A stretch of DNA of 64,000 nt, taken from the IMG/VR virus record IMGVR_UViG_3300040801_001687, positions 1 to 64,000 of that record; one strand, given 5' to 3'. A model generated the notes under the pieces. It was not told the DNA's origin, made no database searches, and was given only the letters and a program-made list of their open reading frames with translations. Source of the stretch: a virus. Every line of letters begins with the position of its first letter. Within the stretch, counting starts at the first letter, position 1. The position numbers and the translations under genes are program-made. Positions 1 to 6,551 of the stretch are shown here, piece by piece.

Positions 1-64
1 AAATGTAGAGACCATACCAATCACCTTCACACCTAAACAAAAAGGCTCCGATGAAGAGACTTAA
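1..64 (+). CDS. 3' end of an ORF truncated by the window start (...NVETIPITFTPKQKGSDEET*)
   Basis: Open frame from 2 to TAA at 62-64, followed directly by a terminator hairpin. Confidence 0.5.
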   Translation, partial: NVETIPITFTPKQKGSDEET

Positions 65-71
65 TATTAAT

Positions 72-102
72 ACCCATAATTTTTATTGATTATGGGTTTT
101 TT
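72..102 (+). terminator. Rho-independent terminator
   Basis: Stem ACCCATAAT (72-80)/ATTATGGGT (89-97) followed by a T run. Confidence 0.7.
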
Positions 103-119
103 ATTTGAAATATTATTTC

Positions 120-127
120 TATATTTG
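120..127 (+). promoter_or_regulatory. Bacteroidota-type -7 promoter element TATATTTG
   Basis: Matches TAnnTTTG, 22 nt before ATG 150; no clean -33 TTG at the usual spacing. Confidence 0.55.
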
Positions 128-149
128 ATTAAATCAAAAATCAATCATT

Positions 150-425
150 ATGAAAAATCAAAATGAATTAGGAATCGAAGAGGAATTAGGAATGAATATA
201 AAAGATTATTCATTCATTAATAATTATGATGAATCTATAGGGTTTATAGAAATGAATGAAGGGTTAGCATTCCATAAAGATATGGATTTAGTTGTAGATA
301 GGCTGAATAAATCATATGTAGATGAAGCAATAGAAGGTAAGGGTTGGGAAGATTGGGAATATGACCTAGAAGGGCATAAATATAATCTTAAGTATAAAGA
401 GGATTTAAAAGGGTATATAGAATAA
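150..425 (+). CDS. Acidic hypothetical protein, early-type
   Basis: 91-aa ORF with A-rich leader; starts MKNQN like ORF 2875. Confidence 0.75.
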   Translation: MKNQNELGIEEELGMNIKDYSFINNYDESIGFIEMNEGLAFHKDMDLVVDRLNKSYVDEAIEGKGWEDWEYDLEGHKYNLKYKEDLKGYIE

Positions 426-437
426 AAATCAATAATT

Positions 438-767
438 ATGAAAACTTTCACAAAAGATGAATTTAACCAAAGGATAAAAGACCTTTGGGATGAAATGAAG
501 AAACCACACAATGAGATGGAGACACCTGCTGACCAGGTAAACTTTATATTGGAAGGGGAAATCATTGATGAAGCCGACAGGATAATGGGCGAAGGATATG
601 ATACATGGAACTTAATATCCATTATCATAAAGGATGCTAAACATCAAATCACATCAAGCGAATTATGCTCGATATTTGATGAAGGAAACCATTGCTTATC
701 CAATGGAACTATATTCTATGAGGATGAATATACCTACATACAATGGAGCAACAAAGGACACATTTAA
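438..767 (+). CDS. Acidic hypothetical protein
   Basis: 109-aa ORF with A-rich leader, followed by a hairpin. Confidence 0.75.
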   Translation: MKTFTKDEFNQRIKDLWDEMKKPHNEMETPADQVNFILEGEIIDEADRIMGEGYDTWNLISIIIKDAKHQITSSELCSIFDEGNHCLSNGTIFYEDEYTYIQWSNKGHI

Positions 768-775
768 ACCTTAAC

Positions 776-801
776 AGCCCTAAGGAATAACCTTAGGGCT
801 T
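776..801 (+). terminator. Perfect 10-bp hairpin, probable terminator
   Basis: AGCCCTAAGG-AATAA-CCTTAGGGCT; U-tail is weak. Confidence 0.55.
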
Positions 802-855
802 AACTGTGTTAACCTATCAAAAGACTATTACCAAAAAACAAATAAAAAAAAAACA

Positions 856-1623
856 ATGAGTACTAAAGGAAAGAAGAAGGAGAAGATTAAAAGAATACCA
901 AGAATCGCAGGCCTTACACAAAAGATGAAAGCCATTCACCTACAGAAAAACAAAAACAAGAAAAAAAGATTAAAGACTTCACTAAGGAATGAACTACTCA
1001 GAAGATATATAACGGAAGGATATTGCATTAACGGGATAAGGATGAATGTAGAAGAGGTATCTTTTTATCTTGGAGTTAGTTTAAGGGATGTAGTAAAAGG
1101 AATTAGTGATACTATGGCCACACTTTCAGGGCTAACGAAAGATGGAGGAATGGAGGAGGCTTATAGGGCGTTGTTGGCGATGGGGATTCAAAACTCACTA
1201 GCCGACCGAGGCCTAATACTTAACCAGGCCCAAGACCTTTTAAGGAGCCAGGGCAATCGCTACCAGCCTTTTTTATCAACAGCCGTGAACCAATCTCTTA
1301 AAAACCTAATGGATAGCCAGAAGCCTATTTTAGAATTAATTAAGGCCTTAAACCCACAAGGAGGTATCACTATTAATAATAATAACCAACAAGCTCAAGG
1401 GCAATATATGACTACTGCCGATGCTGTTAAAATGATAGACAAGAACAGGGAAGGCCTTTTACAATCTCCTGAGGCCCAACACCAACTGGGTGAATCCTAT
1501 GGGGTAAACGACCTTCCCGAGGTAATAGCTACCAAACAACGGGGCTTTAGGCTAGAGGACGATGCCATAATGGTTAAACAGTCCAAACCCACAGAACATG
1601 AAACTAGAAGAGAAAACGAATAA
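856..1623 (+). CDS. Hypothetical protein, possible terminase small subunit
   Basis: Basic N-terminus, HTH-like segment (NVEEVSFYLGVSLRDVVKGI), helical core and GGITINNNN beta segment, as seen in TerS proteins; no TerS candidate lies next to TerL. Confidence 0.4.
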   Translation: MSTKGKKKEKIKRIPRIAGLTQKMKAIHLQKNKNKKKRLKTSLRNELLRRYITEGYCINGIRMNVEEVSFYLGVSLRDVVKGISDTMATLSGLTKDGGMEEAYRALLAMGIQNSLADRGLILNQAQDLLRSQGNRYQPFLSTAVNQSLKNLMDSQKPILELIKALNPQGGITINNNNQQAQGQYMTTADAVKMIDKNREGLLQSPEAQHQLGESYGVNDLPEVIATKQRGFRLEDDAIMVKQSKPTEHETRRENE

Positions 1624-1916
1624 CCTATTACCCATACCTAATTACTTATATTCAACTTATCACTAAGGGGGAAATGCTCTTGATAATTTGTAGGTAGTAA
1701 GGTATGGGTTCTTTGTGTAGGTAGTTATTTCTTTTGTTTTGGGTACCTTAATGCCTTTACCTAAGAGTAGAAGGCCTCATACCTTAAATCTTATACACTA
1801 TATATAATTACCATAGCAGGTATCAGGCTTTCATGGCCTACAACCTTTACATCTAGGCCTTGATGGCCAGGTGCCAACAATCAAAAATAAAAAGAATATG
1901 GCCAATGATTAAAATG

Positions 1917-1947
1917 TTGCAAATGGTTTTTATTGTTCCTAAATTTG
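1917..1947 (+). promoter_or_regulatory. Bacteroidota sigma-70-type promoter
   Basis: TTG (1917-1919)-N20-TAAATTTG (1940-1947). Confidence 0.75.
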
Positions 1948-1977
1948 AAATATCAATTAATCAAAAAATATATAGAT

Positions 1978-2259
1978 ATGAATTATTTAGATCAAATAGA
2001 AAGAATCGAGACTACAACGGAATTACTAAATTCCATACGAAAAGAAAAAGGCCTTCATCCAAAAGATTCTTATAAATTGGGATTTCTAAAAACCTTAATG
2101 CAAGGCTTTGATGATAGAGCCGATATTGAAAATATTCTAAAGGCTATAGATGAAATGCGAAAGGAATTTTCCTTATTACATAAATTGATGCTGATAGAGG
2201 ATTACGAAAGCTCAAATGAGATTACTGACGAAGATGCTAGTACTCTTAAAGAACTTTAA
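1978..2259 (+). CDS. Hypothetical protein (start moved from TTG 1933 to ATG 1978)
   Basis: The TTG start overlaps the promoter; ATG 1978 follows an A-rich leader (MNYLDQ...). Confidence 0.7.
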   Translation: MNYLDQIERIETTTELLNSIRKEKGLHPKDSYKLGFLKTLMQGFDDRADIENILKAIDEMRKEFSLLHKLMLIEDYESSNEITDEDASTLKEL

Positions 2260-2299
2260 TAAGGAAATCAATTAATCAATATACTAAAATCACTAGACA

Positions 2300-2581
2300 A
2301 TGGAAAATTCAAGAACACTAATTTTAAGAAACAGAAAGAAAGAAATTGCCCAAATTGCTAAAAGCCTAAACCCTAAGGCCTTACCCAAAGACCCTAGGCA
2401 CCTTAGATACCTTGCTTCCCTAAGGCTTACCCTTGGCATTAAGAAAGATGAGGTATCAGATGAAGCCTTAATGACCTTTATAAGAAGAAGCCATAAGGCT
2501 AAGGAAGAAATAAAGACTACACAGATATACAAAGGCCTTAGACATTTAACATCTAAAGACCTTATTGCCATGATTGATTGA
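2300..2581 (+). CDS. Basic hypothetical protein
   Basis: 93-aa ORF with AATCAA-rich leader and downstream terminator. Confidence 0.65.
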   Translation: MENSRTLILRNRKKEIAQIAKSLNPKALPKDPRHLRYLASLRLTLGIKKDEVSDEALMTFIRRSHKAKEEIKTTQIYKGLRHLTSKDLIAMID

Positions 2582-2595
2582 TGGTTGATTGGATT

Positions 2596-2617
2596 GCCCT
2601 TCGGGGCTTTCTTTTTT
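2596..2617 (+). terminator. Rho-independent terminator with UUCG tetraloop
   Basis: GCCC-TTCG-GGGC followed by TTTCTTTTTT. Confidence 0.75.
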
Positions 2618-2803
2618 GATGTAAGTATTGGGCCTTAATGGCCTTAAACCTTAAAATGTTCCACTAGAATACCTTATACAATACATATATATAATTGCCA
2701 TAGCAGGCCCAATCCGCAGGTAGACTGGAATCTTTGGGGGAAATTTGGGGAAAAATGATGGATTTTTTGCCGAGAAAAAAGATAAAAAATAATTGCAGAA
2801 TAT

Positions 2804-2834
2804 TTTGCAGAATGATTTTTTATATATAGATTTG
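2804..2834 (+). promoter_or_regulatory. Consensus Bacteroidota promoter
   Basis: TTTG (2804-2807)-N19-TAGATTTG (2827-2834). Confidence 0.8.
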
Positions 2835-2874
2835 CATATATCAAAATCAATTAATTAATCAAAAATCAAAAATC

Positions 2875-3384
2875 ATGAAAAATCAAAATCAAAAAATCGA
2901 AGAGAAAAAAGGAAATCAATCAAAAGAAAATCAGATTGATAAAAAGAATTTGAATAATATCAAATTTGATTTAGGGAAAGGAAATTCTGAATTATGCAAT
3001 AAGGAAATGAAAATTTCCTTTAATAAAGGAATTTATAAGGATGAATTAATGAAAGAATTATCATCCGATGAGAGAAAGAAATTCCGAGGAAAGATAAGAA
3101 GAGATTTAAAGAGATTCATTTCCAATATATTAGGGAAAGATAGAAATGATTATGAAAGGATTTCTTCTTTATTTGCATTTATTTCTTTCTATCAAAAATA
3201 TTGGAGGATTCAAGATTTAAAGATTGAGAATTTTTCATCTTCAAGAAATGAAAAGGATTTAAAGGATTATAAGGATTTATTATCTTATATCGAATCATTG
3301 ATGCAAGGAAATAAAATAAATTCATTAGATGCAATGAAAGAGATATTAAATAATCAATTAAATGCAATGCAGGATAAAGGATAA
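2875..3384 (+). CDS. Hypothetical protein lacking Thr, Val, Pro and His
   Basis: 169-aa ORF with its own promoter and terminator, entirely inside the AC/GT-free segment. Confidence 0.8.
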   Translation: MKNQNQKIEEKKGNQSKENQIDKKNLNNIKFDLGKGNSELCNKEMKISFNKGIYKDELMKELSSDERKKFRGKIRRDLKRFISNILGKDRNDYERISSLFAFISFYQKYWRIQDLKIENFSSSRNEKDLKDYKDLLSYIESLMQGNKINSLDAMKEILNNQLNAMQDKG

Positions 3385-3409
3385 TTAATTAATCCTTATT
3401 CATGAATAT

Positions 3410-3455
3410 ATGAGAAATCAGATGGATTATCCCCCATTCGATTTCTCATTTTTTT
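3410..3455 (+). terminator. Rho-independent terminator
   Basis: ATGAGAAATC (3410-3419)/GATTTCTCAT (3440-3449) followed by a T run. Confidence 0.75.
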
Positions 3456-3594
3456 ATCCTCCTTCCACACCAAGCCCCTCTTGCACCACCCGGACCTCCC
3501 GTATGAGACCCAAAACCCATCAGGTATAGGCCCATAATTTAAAGAAGCCAACCCAAACACTCGGGGGTTCCCAGGCTATACTATAAAAACACAT

Positions 3595-3630
3595 AAAAAA
3601 GGCCTATATAAAAAATATATAAGCCCTTTC
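3595..3630 (-). terminator. Probable terminator of the leftward operon
   Basis: A run then GGCCTATATA...TATATAAGCC hairpin, downstream of minus-strand ORF 3649. Confidence 0.5.
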
Positions 3631-3648
3631 CCATGATAGACCCAAGCC

Positions 3649-3915
3649 TTAATCCCCAGGCCCAGAAGCAGTACCTTCCTTAACCCCACCCTTAGCAGGT
3701 GTAATATCCAGGTAATACTCTTCACCTTCAATAAAAATATTAGATGCAAGAGTACCTTTACTTATATCTAATACCAAGTTACCCGAAGGTGTGTATTTAG
3801 AGAAACTATTATTCTCCTCATTACCATCAATTAAAGCTACAAATGAAGCCTGAATAATTTCATTCTCTTGCTCCATTAATCTTTGACATATAAATTTTGC
3901 TCTTACTGTACTCAT
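3649..3915 (-). CDS. Small beta-rich phage protein, paralogue of 4121-4396
   Basis: VRAKF...FSKYTPSG...FIEGEEYYLDITP. Confidence 0.75.
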   Translation of the reverse strand: MSTVRAKFICQRLMEQENEIIQASFVALIDGNEENNSFSKYTPSGNLVLDISKGTLASNIFIEGEEYYLDITPAKGGVKEGTASGPGD

Positions 3916-3917
3916 AA

Positions 3918-4109
3918 TTATATATGGGTTTTACTAAGCCCTCCCAAGGCCTTATTATCTTTATTAATTGGAAGCCTATCATAGCATTCCTTAGAACATA
4001 CTATAGGTTCTGTAGGTAATCCTAAACATCCACAATCTCTACCCGAGCAACACATCTTAGGTTCTTCTCCTTCAAACTCCTTACCACATACTTGACAATT
4101 TAATTTCAT
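3918..4109 (-). CDS. Cys-rich small protein, putative zinc-binding
   Basis: 8 Cys in 63 aa (CxxC...CC...CxC...CxxxC). Confidence 0.7.
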   Translation of the reverse strand: MKLNCQVCGKEFEGEEPKMCCSGRDCGCLGLPTEPIVCSKECYDRLPINKDNKALGGLSKTHI

Positions 4110-4120
4110 AACTTTTATCT

Positions 4121-4396
4121 TTATCCTGGCCTATTATCTAAATCCTCATCAAAGGGTGTACCCATTACTGCTGAATCTTTATTAAGGCCTCTACTATTAA
4201 CCGGGTCAATAGAAAGGTAATACTCTTGGCCTTCTTTAAAAGGTTCAATTCCAGCATTAGCATCTGATACTACTACTTGTAGGCTTAAGGGTTTAGATTC
4301 ATCCTTATTCTCATCAACAGGCCTAAATCTAAAAACAACAATCCCATATTGGGGCTCATCCTGTTTACTTACACATTCCATTTTAATCTTTTCCAT
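4121..4396 (-). CDS. Small beta-rich phage protein, paralogue of 3649-3915
   Basis: KIKMEC...FKEGQEYYLSIDP. Confidence 0.7.
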   Translation of the reverse strand: MEKIKMECVSKQDEPQYGIVVFRFRPVDENKDESKPLSLQVVVSDANAGIEPFKEGQEYYLSIDPVNSRGLNKDSAVMGTPFDEDLDNRPG

Positions 4397-4407
4397 AACT
4401 CTATAAT

Positions 4408-4719
4408 TTAAAATGCTTCTACTTTAAAGACCTTCTTTTTATATAAAGGCCTTAATGATACTTGGTTTTTCCTAAGGTGTAAGGTATCACCTTTATCATA
4501 ATAGGCCTCATAGTATCTTATATAATACTCTCTAGTGTTTTCAATATCTTTTAAATCATATCTTATCATTCTTTCCCCTTCTTTATGGACTTGAGTGATT
4601 AAATACTCCTTAGAGCATCCCGAAAGAGTGATTATCAATAAGATTATTAAGATAGTAAAAATAATTGCATCAAAGCGGGATTGGTTACCCTGTGGTCTAG
4701 TTCCGTTTCTATAGTTCAT
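4408..4719 (-). CDS. Putative lipoprotein
   Basis: Hydrophobic stretch ending in lipobox LSG-C. Confidence 0.65.
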   Translation of the reverse strand: MNYRNGTRPQGNQSRFDAIIFTILIILLIITLSGCSKEYLITQVHKEGERMIRYDLKDIENTREYYIRYYEAYYDKGDTLHLRKNQVSLRPLYKKKVFKVEAF

Positions 4720-4880
4720 CTTTTTTTATCTTTAGGAAATAATAATGCTATGGGTTTACCCTTATCCCATAATACTCTACAGTTAAAGTGTCTTGATATA
4801 TACCAACCATTAAACTCCTTTAATTCATCGGGGTCCATGTAACCCTTAATAAAATTTATAATATCTTTTGACCTACTCAT
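4716..4880 (-). CDS. Hypothetical 54-aa protein, not in the ORF track
   Basis: MSRSKDIINFIKGYMDPDELKEFNGWYISRHFNCRVLWDKGKPIALLFPKDKKR*; ATGA overlap with the next gene; fills the operon gap. Confidence 0.7.
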   Translation of the reverse strand: MSRSKDIINFIKGYMDPDELKEFNGWYISRHFNCRVLWDKGKPIALLFPKDKKR

Positions 4881-4882
4881 CT

Positions 4883-5140
4883 TTATCTGAAGTTGAAGTT
4901 ATAATAAATAATAGCTCCTAATAATATCCCAAAAACTATAGTCCAAATTATAAACATAACCCATAGAATATTATTTCTATACTCTAAGTGGGGTTTTCTT
5001 AATTTATTATCATTATAAAACCCTGACATCTTATCTGCCCATTCTTTTTCTTTCCAAGTCTTTATTATAGACTTACCTATTATAACAAATCCCATAATAA
5101 AGGGTATAGATAATAATGATATAAATATTAATAAAGCCAT
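4883..5140 (-). CDS. Two-TM membrane protein
   Basis: Two hydrophobic segments. Confidence 0.7.
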   Translation of the reverse strand: MALLIFISLLSIPFIMGFVIIGKSIIKTWKEKEWADKMSGFYNDNKLRKPHLEYRNNILWVMFIIWTIVFGILLGAIIYYNFNFR

Positions 5141-5142
5141 AA

Positions 5143-5658
5143 TTAAAACCTTTTAATATTTGATAAATCCTTAATACCTGACCAAATCCCCAATAATTCT
5201 ATATGGTGTCTTTCCTTTTCCAATATAAAGGTATCAAATATACTTTGGTATTTGGGTATAAAATATTCATTGACTTTACTAAATAAATTACTATAAATAT
5301 CATCAGCATATTCTATCTTATGGTGGCCATCTAATTTATCAATATTTTTATTAAACTCCAATTCAGGAAATATATCATTTAATTTATACCCATAATTTAC
5401 TTCTATGGGTTTTTTATAGGATATAACCTTATAATAAAAATTTGATACTACCATGGGGTTATATAATACAGATAAACCCAACCCATATTTAATATTATTC
5501 CTTATATCTAGTGAAGAGATAAATGATACTTCGGATAAATCCACATAATTATCATCTATTGTCACTAGGGAATCCCTTTTATTGCCTCTTTGAGATTCTA
5601 ATACTCCTTTGATTAATTGAAGTTGTTTAATAATCTCATTAGCTGTTAATTCTTTCAT
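5143..5658 (-). CDS. Hypothetical protein
   Basis: 171-aa ORF in a tightly packed operon. Confidence 0.7.
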   Translation of the reverse strand: MKELTANEIIKQLQLIKGVLESQRGNKRDSLVTIDDNYVDLSEVSFISSLDIRNNIKYGLGLSVLYNPMVVSNFYYKVISYKKPIEVNYGYKLNDIFPELEFNKNIDKLDGHHKIEYADDIYSNLFSKVNEYFIPKYQSIFDTFILEKERHHIELLGIWSGIKDLSNIKRF

Positions 5659-5846
5659 ATTCCAAAAATTAAAATGTAAGACATATACCCGGTTACAATT
5701 AAACCTAATATATTTAAAACTATATAATACCTAAAAGCTTCTTCAGTGTAGGTTTCTCTAAAAGTATAAAGGGTGGCTATATTAACTATGGATAAAATAA
5801 ACAATGCAACCATTAACCCAGTAAAAGTTGTTAATATCCAGCTCAT
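5655..5846 (-). CDS. Two-TM small membrane protein
   Basis: Hydrophobic, with 4-nt overlaps at both ends. Confidence 0.7.
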   Translation of the reverse strand: MSWILTTFTGLMVALFILSIVNIATLYTFRETYTEEAFRYYIVLNILGLIVTGYMSYILIFGI

Positions 5847-6205
5847 AATTCTTCTGTTTGTTCTTCATCAGTTAAAACTCTAGTTACCCAAATATAATTA
5901 ACTTCTTTTTTATATTGGGTCTTTAATGTATACCTAAATAAATTTAAAGCATTCCAAAATATTATATTTTTATAATCTTTATCAAAAAACTCATTTATGT
6001 AGGCATACCTAAAACTAGGAGTGTATATTTGTCCTCTATCTATTCTTGAAGCAAAGGATAAAGCTATACCCTCATCAATATCTTCAATTTTATAAATACC
6101 CTCCACTGAAAGGTTTCCATGACCTTTAAATTTTTTGTGGAAGGTTTCATAGGTTTTCTTGTTTATGGGTATTATATCCCAACCGTTTAATTATATTGAT
6201 TCCAT
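5843..6205 (-). pseudogene. Hypothetical gene interrupted by an in-frame TAA at codon 5 (or a sequence error); alternative GTG start at 6106
   Basis: ATG 6205 has a good A-rich leader and is in frame with GTG 6106; reads MESI*LNGWDIIPINKKTY... Confidence 0.55.
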
Positions 6206-6231
6206 ATTATTGTTTAAATGGTTAATAAAAT

Positions 6232-6261
6232 AAAACCCCCACAACTAAAGAGGGGTTTTTT
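6232..6261. terminator. Terminator-like hairpin, potentially bidirectional
   Basis: AAAACCCC(C)...GGGGTTTTTT. Confidence 0.6.
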
Positions 6262-6330
6262 AATTTCAAATTAATAGGTTATACTCAAAACCCAGTTATA
6301 AAGAACTCTTAGTTGATTTCTTTTGATATT

Positions 6331-6361
6331 CAAAAATAGTCAATTATATATTAAAATGCAA
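6331..6361 (-). promoter_or_regulatory. Bacteroidota-type promoter, leftward
   Basis: Minus strand TTG-N20-TATTTTTG. Confidence 0.7.
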
Positions 6362-6395
6362 CATTTATCTTATTGGCCAAGAAAATTGTAGACAC

Positions 6396-6427
6396 AAAAA
6401 AAATCGGAAGGTAATCACTCCTTCCGA
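6396..6427 (-). terminator. Rho-independent terminator, minus strand
   Basis: TCGGAAGG/CCTTCCGA stem with an A run on its left. Confidence 0.65.
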
Positions 6428-6551
6428 CTCCAATTAATCAAATAATCATTAATCATTAATTAAAATTTACCGAGCATAAATTCAATAATAATGAAAGAAT
6501 CATAATTAAATAGTCACTTAGGTTAACTATTTTAATCACCACTAGCAAATC

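Larger units (their letters stand above)
1799..2707 (+). repeat. Two-copy 22-bp direct repeat TATATATAATT(A/G)CCATAGCAGG
   Basis: Copies at 1799-1820 and 2686-2707, both preceded by CTTATACA. Confidence 0.8.
2725..3467. other. AC/GT-dinucleotide-free segment; candidate terminal repeat or first-injected cassette
   Basis: Read base by base: last AC at 2724-2725, next AC at 3467-3468, no GT in between. The composition is certain; the function is inferred. Confidence 0.85.

Noticed and set aside
224-628. Minus-strand 134-aa ORF and the other antisense ORFs in the track (e.g. 2293, 3179, 10851, 20056, 30180, 60420)
   Set aside because: They are shadows of well-supported plus-strand genes, with Ser/Ile/Phe-rich antisense composition and no leaders.
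1860-2075. 71-aa plus-strand ORF
   Set aside because: It overlaps the 1917-1947 promoter and the better ORF starting at 1978.
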